Position numbers and translations under genes: made by a program
Part shown: one piece after another, positions 27,955 through 36,939 of the stretch
Layout: each line of letters begins with the position of its first letter
Position numbering within the stretch: position 1 is the first letter of the stretch
The notes under the pieces: model-generated
The model's database searches: none
The model's input: the letters and a program-made list of their open reading frames with translations, nothing else
Told to the model about the DNA's origin: nothing
Sequence record: NC_031245.1
DNA: 64,000 nucleotides
Strand: one strand, 5' to 3'

Positions 27955-28614
27955 ATGAATCCAAAATGGGATGAAGTAATTATCGTTGCACCAAGACTCG
28001 AGGTATTCGAGGACGAAAAACTAACTTTCGAGGGAGTAATTACTGATCAAGCTAAGGTAAGTAAAATTGTCGGTAATATCTCTAAATATTATACTACAAT
28101 ACGTAGAGGTCATCCCGACGATTCAACTCCTAAGGAGAATAATGCTGAGATCAACTTCGATTATAAGCAACCTATTCCTTATGCAGTAATCCGTCGAGCT
28201 AATCAAGTATTCCTATATCGTCGATTAGCTGGTGGAGGAGAAAGTCGACTTCAGGATAAGTTGTCACTTGGAGTTGGTGGTCATATGAATCAAATAGGAT
28301 TACCTACTTTTGAGCAAGAACTATCTGAGAATCTCAACCGTGAACTCAATGAAGAAGTAGATCTAAAAGCTGCAGAAGTACAAATCGTACCTTACGGATT
28401 AATCAATGATGAATCCGATGATGTTAATAAGGTACATATCGGTATTTTGTACGGAATCGAAGTTGATTCAGATGCGACTGTAGAAGTCAAAGAAACTGAT
28501 CAGTTACAAGGTGAGTGGGTAGATATTAATGAACTACATTCATCCAGTGACTTCAATCGACTTGAAAACTGGTCGCAAATTGCAATCGAGTATCTAGTTA
28601 ACCTCAAGAAGTAA
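27955..28614 (+). CDS. Nudix-fold phosphoesterase (YmaB/COG4112-like)
   Basis: YKQPIPYAVI, GESRL..KLSLGVGGHMN, RELNEEV, GLINDE..V..VHIG. Confidence 0.75.
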   Translation: MNPKWDEVIIVAPRLEVFEDEKLTFEGVITDQAKVSKIVGNISKYYTTIRRGHPDDSTPKENNAEINFDYKQPIPYAVIRRANQVFLYRRLAGGGESRLQDKLSLGVGGHMNQIGLPTFEQELSENLNRELNEEVDLKAAEVQIVPYGLINDESDDVNKVHIGILYGIEVDSDATVEVKETDQLQGEWVDINELHSSSDFNRLENWSQIAIEYLVNLKK

Positions 28615-28626
28615 TTCTTGAGGTTG

Positions 28627-28655
28627 GCTCATTTAAGCTTGTCCAAACGTTTATA
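28627..28655 (+). promoter_or_regulatory. Phage promoter motif GCT-N17-ACGTTTATA
   Basis: Exact motif and spacing. Confidence 0.75.
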
Positions 28656-28839
28656 CCTTTGAGTCGGGTTGATTCCGATGTTGCTTGCTAAGTTGGTGAA
28701 GTCCGTGCTCTCAAATTTTGTGACAAGGTTCTAGCTTACATCATAGTAGTCACATCAAGAATTCTAGAGCTGAACTTTAATGATTGAAAATGCAACTAGA
28801 GGATCATGGCTCCAAATTACATCAGGAGGTACAGCACAC

Positions 28840-30273
28840 ATGTCTAATATGTTCGATTTATCTAACGTACTTAACAGTGCTCAACAAGTCAAGGAGCAGA
28901 AAGATCAACAACAGAAGAATAACGGTAATCGCAGAAAGTTAATTTACCCAGCAGATGGTACCGTAAGAATGAAGCTATTGTTCAATCCGAAGTCAGGTAT
29001 AGCACTTCGTAAGATTGGTCGCCATCACGTTCAAGGAGTTAAAGTACCGTGCCTTGAATTATTCGGTAAGGAATGTCCGATTTGTAAGACACTAACTAAC
29101 ATTAAGAATGTTAAAGGTAATGATCTTTGGGAGTTCAAACGTAAGGAGCGAGGATTATCTTACGCTCAGTACATTGACGATAACTACAATCGTCCACCTA
29201 ATGAGAAACCTGAAAACATTCCGACTCAAGGTGAAACTATTATAGCAATGTATCCTTGGTCAGTTTATCGTGATCTACAATCCATCATTGCTGAAGCTGG
29301 AGCTAATGCTGCATCGATCTTAGCTACAAATCATGGTAAAATCATCAAAATAACTCGTACTCGTGGTAAGAATAATCGAGTTGAGTACAGAGTAGAACTT
29401 GATGCTTTCGGTGAGTATCAAACTGCTCCAACTGATGAAGAATACATGAAGGTTCTGAATGAACTTCCTAACTTGAATGATGAAATCGTTCCTAGTGAGT
29501 TGACTGAAGATATCATGAATTCAGTTAAGGAAGTTGATCGTAAGTTGAATGAAGCTTATCTATCACCTGCGGTATTAGGTGGAGGAAATAACCAAGGAGT
29601 AGGTAACCTAGGTCAGTTTGTTGGAGGAACTGGTGATCAAGGAGGTAATTTACCTCAGTGGGCACAAGGACAAGCTCAAGGCATGCCTAATCAATTCCAA
29701 CAACCTGGAATGAATCCACAATTCCAACAACCTAATCCAAATCAGTTTGCTCAGAATCCTAATCAATTCCAGCAACCTAATATGGGTCAAGGTGGTCAAT
29801 TTAACCAACAAGGTCAGTTTGATCCAAATCAGGGTCAATTCAATCAGAACCAAGGTCAGTTTAATCCGAACCAAGGTCAATTTAACCAAGGTCAGTTTAA
29901 TCAGAACCAAGGTCAATTCAATCAGCAAGCTAATGTTCAGCAACCTGGATTCACACAAAACCAACAATTCTCTACTCCCAGTGTAGATAATCAACAAGGT
30001 ATGAATCCTAATCAGCAAATGGGTAATCCAACGGATCAGCAAGCTAATCAGGGTATGAATCAAACTCAGACTCAACAACCCGATTTCAGTCAATCGACTC
30101 CCAGTAGTGATTCAGTAGGAGGACAGGCTCCATCTACCGATTCGAATCCAGTGGATCCAAGTGCTCCTAGAGCAGATGGTAAACCAGGATGTTTCGGTAA
30201 GCATGGATCTGTTGATGCAAATCAATGTCTGATTTGCCCATTCGAAGTTGAATGTACTGGTGTGACTAACTAA
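28840..30273 (+). CDS. ssDNA-binding protein (gp32-like) with Q/N-rich low-complexity region and C-terminal 4-Cys motif
   Basis: GGAGG RBS + ATG 28840; CLELFGKECPIC Zn motif and GKIIKITRT..VEYRV pattern resemble gp32-type SSBs; lies directly before recA. Confidence 0.55.
   Translation: MSNMFDLSNVLNSAQQVKEQKDQQQKNNGNRRKLIYPADGTVRMKLLFNPKSGIALRKIGRHHVQGVKVPCLELFGKECPICKTLTNIKNVKGNDLWEFKRKERGLSYAQYIDDNYNRPPNEKPENIPTQGETIIAMYPWSVYRDLQSIIAEAGANAASILATNHGKIIKITRTRGKNNRVEYRVELDAFGEYQTAPTDEEYMKVLNELPNLNDEIVPSELTEDIMNSVKEVDRKLNEAYLSPAVLGGGNNQGVGNLGQFVGGTGDQGGNLPQWAQGQAQGMPNQFQQPGMNPQFQQPNPNQFAQNPNQFQQPNMGQGGQFNQQGQFDPNQGQFNQNQGQFNPNQGQFNQGQFNQNQGQFNQQANVQQPGFTQNQQFSTPSVDNQQGMNPNQQMGNPTDQQANQGMNQTQTQQPDFSQSTPSSDSVGGQAPSTDSNPVDPSAPRADGKPGCFGKHGSVDANQCLICPFEVECTGVTN
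29809..29925 (+). repeat. About 21-bp coding tandem repeat (QGQFNQN)
   Basis: CAAGGTCA(G/A)TT(T/C)AAT... units, about six copies. Confidence 0.85.
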
Positions 30274-30319
30274 TTCTAGAATATACATCGAGATAAACAT
30301 CAAGGGAGAGGGTAGTCGT

Positions 30320-31000
30320 ATGGCTAAGAAAGATAAAAATAAGGCTACCGCTACAGTCAATGAGGAGTTCGATTTAGTCGGACTTCTCGATGATCTGTCG
30401 GCAGGTAGTAAGTTTAAACGTGTAAGTGAAGTAGAAATGTTGCATTCAAGACCTAAGGTTCCTACTCCGTTACCACACCTTAACGCTATTTTCGGTGGAG
30501 GTATACCATTTGGAGTAATCGCAGAAGGATTTGGTCCACCACGTGCTGGTAAAAGTACATTTTGGTATGAAACTCTAGCCGAGTTCCAGAAAGCATTCCC
30601 TCATGGAGTTCCAATTATCGTAGATACAGAAATGTCTGTTGATGATTTACGTATGAGATATATGGGAGTCCAGACTGATAAGGTTCTTAGACTTCCCGCT
30701 CTAACATTAGAGGATGGATTTGATCAAGTAACCAAAATCCTTAAGAAGAAAGCTGCTAATGAAAAGGCTAAGGATCTACCGCTATTTATCATGTGGGACA
30801 CAATCGCAGTCGCTCCTTCTAAAGCTCAGCATGAGGAAGGTCGTCTGAATGCAGGTGGTATGTCTCAAAAGCCACGTCTTATCAAGCAGTTCCTATCAGA
30901 CATCTTAGTCTACATAGAGGAACAACCAACTATCCTAGTTCTACTGAATCAAGTATTTACAGATTTCAGTGGTTTCAAGCCTAAGTTAGTTAGTGGTGGT
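30320..31000 (+). CDS. recA: RecA/UvsX recombinase, exon 1
   Basis: IFGGGIPFG, GPPRAGKST Walker A, VDTEMS, MWDTIA Walker B, LLNQVF; similarity breaks after VSGG. Confidence 0.88.
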
Positions 31001-31291
31001 TTTGAGCTCCCATTTAGCCACCTATCTATAGCAATATAGATACAACAAATTCGGTGAACCTATTTAGGGTGTGTAGCTGAGCTATGCTAACGGTGAACGC
31101 TGAGATGCCAATACCGTGCCAAGCTAGAGATAGCTGAAGAAGTCTCTAGAAGGTGTAACGACTAGACGGTGAGTAAGCTAACGATAATCCGTCCACGAGT
31201 GCCGAACATCCCACGTGGATGAAGAGATAGTCTGAGCTAGTAGGAAATGAACTACTAGGTGTTAGATTAAACGCTGACACATAACGTACTG
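31001..31291 (+). ncRNA. Group I self-splicing intron without ORF
   Basis: P (AAATTCGGTGAAC), Q (AATACCGTGCCAAG), R (AACGACTAG 31157-65) and S (GAAGAGATAGTCTG 31221-34) elements; IGS CTCCCATTTAGCCACC pairs with GGTGGT|GGAATGGGG; terminal G at 31291; alternative 5' site after 30997. Confidence 0.88.
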
Positions 31292-32107
31292 GGAATGGGG
31301 TTGAAACACGACATCCATCTACAGTTACAGTTCCAAGCTTCTAAGTCGTCTTATGATAGTGATGGACGTGAGATCAAGCAGTCATCCAAGATTGATATTG
31401 GTAAGTCTAAGATATCTCCTAAGTTTAAAGATATCTCAATGACTATCGATAACACGACTGGAGGAACTATTGACAGACTCCGTTCGTTCATGAACTACAT
31501 TCGGGATTATACTAAAATCCTGGAAGATAACAGAGGATGGATCCAGTTAAATCCTGAATTCTTCCAAGAAGGTTCTCATTACCTTGAGTACGAGCCAATT
31601 ATTGACAAGTCAAGTAAGAAGTGGAGATGGGACGAGTTAGTCGATGCAGTTAAAGCTGATCCTAACTGGACTCGATTCCTTCAGATGCTAATGGTCGATG
31701 AAATCGCTAAGCATTACAAGTACTACCACGATATCTCTCGTGATTATCGTAAGAACTTGTACCTTCACCTTCAAGAGACTATTATAACTCATGGAGTTAC
31801 CAAAGAGCTTAATGAGCAATTTGGAGTAGATAGCCATCTTGAGCTTACTGATGATCAAATTGCTCAGTTGACTGAATACCAAGCTAAGGTAGTCAACTAC
31901 ATGAGCGGTGATCAGGATTTAGAGGTTATCGAGGAATTGGTACATGAGAAACTCGATAAGGAAATGGCTGAACTAGAAGCTGAACGTGAAGCTATTGCAG
32001 AAGAAGCTCAGAAATCAGGTGACGAAGAATTAGATCATGTTGATTCTGAAAAGATGGAGTACGCTGAAAGTTATGATGATACTCCAATGGACGATTCTGA
32101 GGAGTAA
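31292..32107 (+). CDS. recA: RecA/UvsX recombinase, exon 2
   Basis: In-frame splice gives VSGG(G)MGLKHD, equivalent to RecA GGNALKF; KSKISP motif; acidic tail. Confidence 0.85.
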   Translation, partial: GMGLKHDIHLQLQFQASKSSYDSDGREIKQSSKIDIGKSKISPKFKDISMTIDNTTGGTIDRLRSFMNYIRDYTKILEDNRGWIQLNPEFFQEGSHYLEYEPIIDKSSKKWRWDELVDAVKADPNWTRFLQMLMVDEIAKHYKYYHDISRDYRKNLYLHLQETIITHGVTKELNEQFGVDSHLELTDDQIAQLTEYQAKVVNYMSGDQDLEVIEELVHEKLDKEMAELEAEREAIAEEAQKSGDEELDHVDSEKMEYAESYDDTPMDDSEE

Positions 32108-32114
32108 TAAGGTT

Positions 32115-32140
32115 GCTGGACTAGTTTCTAGTCCAGCTTT
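32115..32140 (+). terminator. Intrinsic terminator
   Basis: GCTGGACTAG/CTAGTCCAGC stem plus TTT. Confidence 0.7.
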
Positions 32141-32160
32141 ACTTATAAGGGGGATGCTGG

Positions 32161-32547
32161 ATGATTATACATATAAGCCATCTACTGCCAAATGATATAA
32201 ATAATATCTTAAATTCGGAAAATGTTAGCGGTAGTGTACCTTTTCATAGAGAAGTATTCCATTATACAGAAAGTGAAGGCAGATACGTAGCTGAACAAAT
32301 ACAAGACCTCATGCATGGTATGGAAGTCAAAGGTTACCGTCCAGATACCGTTATCTTAGGTGAGGTTGAGTACAAGAAATTGATCAATCACTTGACTTAC
32401 ATATCAGGAGGAGTCGTATTCCCTACCCAGTATATGGGACTTAATATTATGGTCATAGGGGAGTCACGGATCGAGGTAATTATCTCTGAACCTACTAAAA
32501 TGCTAACCTGGATATATCAGAACAAATTGGAGTCTAATAACCATTAG
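32161..32547 (+). CDS. Hypothetical protein
   Basis: AAGGGGG RBS; 128 aa. Confidence 0.65.
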   Translation: MIIHISHLLPNDINNILNSENVSGSVPFHREVFHYTESEGRYVAEQIQDLMHGMEVKGYRPDTVILGEVEYKKLINHLTYISGGVVFPTQYMGLNIMVIGESRIEVIISEPTKMLTWIYQNKLESNNH

Positions 32548-32576
32548 GCTCTTTTCCAGTGTCTGGGACGTTTATA
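32548..32576 (+). promoter_or_regulatory. Phage promoter motif GCT-N17-ACGTTTATA
   Basis: Exact motif and spacing. Confidence 0.75.
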
Positions 32577-32615
32577 TAGGTGAGCTCGTTTAAGTTGAGC
32601 TAATTATATTGAGGA

Positions 32616-32867
32616 GTGATATTAATGGCTGAGAAAACTATTGAATTGGACTGTGCACCACTAACTCCAAGACCTGATACTTATATCGAAGGAGTTATCA
32701 AAGATACGGGATTAGAATTGAGGAAGCCAGTTAGTACCCTCTTCGGAAACTGGACATGGGATTACTCAGACGTATCTGATGAGGTATGGGAGAAGGCTCA
32801 GCCGATTCTTGAGGAAAGAATCACTAAACTCCACAATCAAGGATCAATTCGGTACGGTTCTTGGTAA
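32616..32867 (+). CDS. Hypothetical protein
   Basis: GAGGAG RBS; 83 aa. Confidence 0.7.
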   Translation: MILMAEKTIELDCAPLTPRPDTYIEGVIKDTGLELRKPVSTLFGNWTWDYSDVSDEVWEKAQPILEERITKLHNQGSIRYGSW

Positions 32868-32924
32868 ATCAATGGCAGGGACTTGGAGCTACTTCCGAGT
32901 CCCTATTATAAAGGAGAAGTCATC

Positions 32925-33224
32925 ATGGATTCTAGTAAAACTTTGAAGGTAGGAACTCATTGGTACCACAAATCAACTAGTATGGCAATCCATCAAGCTG
33001 ATTTGGTATTCAAACAGTCCATTGAAAATCCTAACGAATATAAGGTAGTCAAGAATGTTAATATGCTAGGCAAATACGAAGCTAATAAGACTTTTGATGT
33101 TGAATCAGTTAATACTATACTTAGTGTTGCAACTCATCGAGTTCTAGTATGTACTGATGATAAAAGAGTTTTAGCTAAAAATTGGATTAACGAGGTGATA
33201 GAAGATCATGGTAATGACAAATAA
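32925..33224 (+). CDS. Hypothetical protein
   Basis: AAAGGAG RBS before ATG (MDSSK...). Confidence 0.6.
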   Translation: MDSSKTLKVGTHWYHKSTSMAIHQADLVFKQSIENPNEYKVVKNVNMLGKYEANKTFDVESVNTILSVATHRVLVCTDDKRVLAKNWINEVIEDHGNDK

Positions 33225-34131
33225 TTTGGCAATATTTACTCATGTAGATTTAGATGGAGCAGGTTCTCCTGTAGTAGCTAAATACCTTTACGGAGATAGA
33301 GTTAAAGAGGTATTTCGGGTGGATAATAAAGACGTAACAGAGAAGGTTCAATATCTTATCGACAATAAAGAAAATTATAAGGACTCCACAATATTCATAT
33401 GTGACCATAGTCCAACATTCGAAATGTACAATAAATTGGTGGAGTCGGGATTAGATTTCTACATATTCGATCACCACAAGTCCTCCGAGCTTCAGGAATT
33501 AAATGATTATCGAGTCGAAATCAATACGGATTTCTGTGGTACTTACTTATTCTTCGACTGGTTAGTTATGAATGATCCTGAATTGACTCCTGAGCAAATC
33601 AATAGCACTCAGGACTTTGTATATCACGTTAACGATTATGATATGTGGATTCATGAGTCTCCTAAATCTAAACAACTCCATCAGTTATTATACGAATTAG
33701 GATGGAATAGATTCTTAGATAGATTCTCAAGTAACATCAAAGTTGAATTTAATGAAGGCGAAAAACTGATATTGGAACTAGCTAGGGAGCGAGTGCAGGA
33801 CTACGTTGAGTCTTATAGAGATAAGGTAACAGTTCTCACGGATAATTTAGGTGATACCTATATTGCCGTATTTGCTGAGAGGAATCAATCCGAGCTAGGT
33901 CACTACCTACTAGAAACTTTCGGAGTCAAATACGTATGTATGATCAATCCTAAATCTCTTGGATGTTCACTTCGAGGAAATGGAGAAGTAGACGTATCGG
34001 AGATAGCTCGTAATAAAGCTAAGTTATATAGTAGTCAATCGGGTGGTCATAAGTCAGCTGCAGGATTCTCCTACACGTTGGATGACTTATCTGATATAAT
34101 CGAAAGACTATTCAGACTGAATGTATTGTAA
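33208..34131 (+). CDS. DHH/DHHA1-family phosphoesterase
   Basis: THVDLDGAG, ICDH, FDHHK, GGHKSAAG. Confidence 0.88.
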   Translation: MVMTNNLAIFTHVDLDGAGSPVVAKYLYGDRVKEVFRVDNKDVTEKVQYLIDNKENYKDSTIFICDHSPTFEMYNKLVESGLDFYIFDHHKSSELQELNDYRVEINTDFCGTYLFFDWLVMNDPELTPEQINSTQDFVYHVNDYDMWIHESPKSKQLHQLLYELGWNRFLDRFSSNIKVEFNEGEKLILELARERVQDYVESYRDKVTVLTDNLGDTYIAVFAERNQSELGHYLLETFGVKYVCMINPKSLGCSLRGNGEVDVSEIARNKAKLYSSQSGGHKSAAGFSYTLDDLSDIIERLFRLNVL

Positions 34132-34135
34132 GTCC

Positions 34136-34167
34136 AAAGAAGGTAGATATCTACCTTCTTTTTTTTT
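34136..34167 (+). terminator. Intrinsic terminator
   Basis: AAAGAAGGTAG-atat-CTACCTTCTTT plus T tract. Confidence 0.85.
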
Positions 34168-34176
34168 GCTATTAAT

Positions 34177-34205
34177 GCTCATTTAGAGTTTCGCTAACGT
34201 TTATA
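34177..34205 (+). promoter_or_regulatory. Phage promoter motif GCT-N17-ACGTTTATA
   Basis: Exact motif and spacing. Confidence 0.75.
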
Positions 34206-34241
34206 CTTCTGAGGGAGTTGGAGAACATATTCTAATACGAG

Positions 34242-34829
34242 GTGATCGTGATGAATTGTTCTGAATTATGCAAAGGTAAAACTATAGTATACCCTAGAGG
34301 TACAGAGAATCCTATATTCTATGTAGTAGGAGAAGCTCCAGGATTTACAGAGAATAAGGTAGGAAAGCCATTTGTAGGTAGATCAGGTAAACTGCTAGAG
34401 AAATTAATGTCTGAGGTAGGTCTTGATGAAACTAATACAAGGATTAGTTCAGTCCTTCCATGCATACCTTTAAATGATAAAGGAGTTATCAGACCTCCTA
34501 GTCAAGAAGAAGCTGATCATTGTAGCGGAATCTTAGTTAACGATTTAATTAAGACTAAACCTAAAGTGATTATAGCTCTAGGAGCGACTGCTGCTAGATT
34601 CTTTATAAGAGGTAACTTTACTAAGATCAGTAGGGTTAGAGGAATGATATATGGAGTAAAGATTAAAGACATGACAGCTCTAGTTGTACCTACCTATCAT
34701 CCAGCTTACCTTCTAAGGAGAAAGTCTGAAGATACTAATAAATTAGTTATTGAGGACTTTCAAGTAGCATTAAATTTGGTAGACAACAAGAGAGGGGAAC
34801 ATCATGAAACTAAATCAACAAATGCCTGA
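34242..34829 (+). CDS. Uracil-DNA glycosylase, family 4
   Basis: VGEAPG..E...GKPFVGRSG, C.P....IRPP..EE..HC, IIALGATAA, PTYHPAYLLR; N-terminal CxxxC. Confidence 0.9.
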   Translation: MIVMNCSELCKGKTIVYPRGTENPIFYVVGEAPGFTENKVGKPFVGRSGKLLEKLMSEVGLDETNTRISSVLPCIPLNDKGVIRPPSQEEADHCSGILVNDLIKTKPKVIIALGATAARFFIRGNFTKISRVRGMIYGVKIKDMTALVVPTYHPAYLLRRKSEDTNKLVIEDFQVALNLVDNKRGEHHETKSTNA

Positions 34830-35232
34830 ATTAGATGGAACAGCTACATGGTTCAATCGAATACACACAAGAGAGGAATTGCTAGGTAAGCCTACAGTAT
34901 TCTATTTCTGGTCAATCAGCTGTATGGTCTGTAAGCAAGCAATGCCTGAACTAGTTAAGACTCTTAAGGAGTATGGTGACAAGATCAACGTTATCTCAGT
35001 ACATATGCCACGTTCTCAGAAGGATCAAGATATGGTTGAGGTAGAGAAAGTCGTACAAGGATACGGTATTGACCAACCTTGGATTCATGACGACCACCAT
35101 ACGATCACTGAAAAGTTCGAGAATGAATACATCCCAGCACATTATGTATTCAACCCTGCTGGTGAATTGTGTCATTTTGGTACGAGCCTTAAACTTCTTG
35201 ATAAACGTATAACAAGATTACTTGAGAATTAA
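34804..35232 (+). CDS. Thiol-disulfide oxidoreductase (YkuV/TlpA-like)
   Basis: FWSISCMVCKQAMP (CxxC), VHMPRS, FENEYIPAHYVFN. Confidence 0.85.
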   Translation: MKLNQQMPELDGTATWFNRIHTREELLGKPTVFYFWSISCMVCKQAMPELVKTLKEYGDKINVISVHMPRSQKDQDMVEVEKVVQGYGIDQPWIHDDHHTITEKFENEYIPAHYVFNPAGELCHFGTSLKLLDKRITRLLEN

Positions 35233-35257
35233 GGGAGTCTATATGACTCCCTATTTT
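35232..35257 (+). terminator. Intrinsic terminator
   Basis: AGGGAGTC/GACTCCCT stem plus ATTTT. Confidence 0.7.
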
Positions 35258-35262
35258 AATTG

Positions 35263-35291
35263 GCTGAATTGAGCCTCCTAGAACGTCTATA
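35263..35291 (+). promoter_or_regulatory. Phage promoter motif GCT-N17-ACGTCTATA
   Basis: Exact motif and spacing. Confidence 0.75.
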
Positions 35292-35364
35292 GTTCTGAAG
35301 GGGAAGTTTATAGTCTAACCTTGTACCTTACATCTTAGTCAGACATCGGAGAGGAGAAACATCA

Positions 35365-35502
35365 ATGACGAGTAAGTGCCCTATGACTGCTAGTGGTGAA
35401 CATGACTGGTTACCGATTAAACACATGAATGGTCGTCCAACAGCAGTTAGGTGTCTTCAATGCAATAAGGAAGAACCTATTGGTAATAAGGAGGATAAAT
35501 GA
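35365..35502 (+). CDS. 45-aa Zn-binding mini-protein (not in ORF track)
   Basis: GAGAGGAG RBS; MTSKCPMTASGEHDW...RCLQCNKEE (C/H/CxxC). Confidence 0.55.
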   Translation: MTSKCPMTASGEHDWLPIKHMNGRPTAVRCLQCNKEEPIGNKEDK

Positions 35503-35604
35503 GTCGAAGAGGTAGTCAACGTGCGAGGTTGTTACACGTAGGCTATCTCTTTGATAATGTATAAGGTACGGCTTAACCTCTGTAATCTTTGGGAGGTGGA
35601 CATC

Positions 35605-36939
35605 ATAGAGTGGAACATCGAAGAATTAAGTCGTGATCCTGAGTACGGTAAAAGCTATGTGGTATGTCCTGTATGTGGACTAAGAGGTAAGAGAATAGCG
35701 AATCATATCAGAGCAGTACATGGATTGTCAGGGGATGAAGCTAAGGGTAAGTATCCAGGACTACTGACAATAACATCAAGTTCTCGTACGAAACAAGCTA
35801 GTACTCGTAAAACAACCACTGCTAAGAAGAATGAGAAGAAGATAAAGAATAAATTTATAAGTCTGGATGAAGCTAAGCTTGATCCTCAGTACGGTAAGAA
35901 GTATGTCGTATGTCCTATATGCAATCAAAAGTGCAAGTCTGTATCAGCTCATGCTCCTAAGAAGCATGGAGTTAAATTAAAAGATATCCGTAAAGAGTAT
36001 CCAGGTATCTTAGTAGAGACTGAAGCTATGTTCAACCGTAGGTCTAAGATACTAGCTAAGAGATGGGAAGAGGATGATGAGTACAGAGCGATGATGATCA
36101 ACATGATGACTAATCGAGAAGTCAGTGAAGATACTCGTAGAAAGATCAGTGAAAGAGTAAGTATTCAGATGAAAGAGAGATGGAGAGATCCAGTTTATCG
36201 TGAATACTACTCCGAACGATTAAGACAATTTAATAGAGATAATTGGAACAATCCAGAGTATCGAGAATTGATGGCTCAAGCACTGAGTGATCGATGGGAT
36301 GACCCTGAATACCGTGAGTTGATGATTTCTAATCTCCATGCAGGTCGTAATAAGTCCTGGTTGGAGAATAAAGAAGCTCGACTAGAAGCACTCCGTGAAG
36401 GCGGATTCTTTGATAAAAGTTCTCCAGAAGTACGTCAAAAGATATCAGAGATTATGCTAGAGAAGTGGGCTGATGAGGAGTACGCTTCTAGTCAGATTGA
36501 TGCTATAGCTAATGGAAATTACGGAGCTCATCAGCAAGGACTGCATGGTCGTAAGTGCTACTACATTGACCGTAAAGGAGATACTCACAAATTCCAATCC
36601 TTAAGAGAACTTCAGTACGCTATCTATCTCGACTCAGTTGGTATCGAGTGGAAGTCCTCAAAAGATATTAAGAAACTTCCCTACAAGGATCAGAGTGGAG
36701 GTTCTCATCGTTATACTGCTGACTTCTACCATGGAGGTCATTACATTGATATCAAGGGATGGAGAAGTTCTGCAGTTAATCATAAAATGGAGGATGCTGC
36801 TCGACGTAATGGTGTTATAGTCATACCTATTGATGCGGATAGACTAGACGAATTCTGTCCAGTTAAGTACTTCAGTCTTATCAGTCGGGTTAGACATAAT
36901 GATACAGTAAACTATGTCAGCTGTATTAAATGGTCTTGA
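35605..36939 (+). CDS. Freestanding putative homing endonuclease: two C2H2-type Zn fingers, WxDPEYR repeats, C-terminal PD-(D/E)xK nuclease
   Basis: CPVC..HIRAVH and CPIC..HAPKKH; five W.D/NPEYR-like repeats; FQS..E..YA..LD...YTADFY....IDIKG; GGGAGG RBS favours ATA start at 35605 (track start 35551). Confidence 0.6.
   Translation: MEWNIEELSRDPEYGKSYVVCPVCGLRGKRIANHIRAVHGLSGDEAKGKYPGLLTITSSSRTKQASTRKTTTAKKNEKKIKNKFISLDEAKLDPQYGKKYVVCPICNQKCKSVSAHAPKKHGVKLKDIRKEYPGILVETEAMFNRRSKILAKRWEEDDEYRAMMINMMTNREVSEDTRRKISERVSIQMKERWRDPVYREYYSERLRQFNRDNWNNPEYRELMAQALSDRWDDPEYRELMISNLHAGRNKSWLENKEARLEALREGGFFDKSSPEVRQKISEIMLEKWADEEYASSQIDAIANGNYGAHQQGLHGRKCYYIDRKGDTHKFQSLRELQYAIYLDSVGIEWKSSKDIKKLPYKDQSGGSHRYTADFYHGGHYIDIKGWRSSAVNHKMEDAARRNGVIVIPIDADRLDEFCPVKYFSLISRVRHNDTVNYVSCIKWS

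Noticed and set aside
29809-29925. 21-bp repeats as CRISPR or origin iterons
   Set aside because: In-frame QGQFNQN coding repeat with synonymous variation
31001-31039. FELPFSHLSIAI as the true RecA C-terminus, with 31295 as a separate gene
   Set aside because: This is read-through into the intron; RecA motifs resume in-frame after 31291
34242-34829. PBS1/AR9-like uracil-containing genome
   Set aside because: The phage encodes an apparently intact UDG rather than a UDG inhibitor, which argues against dU-DNA
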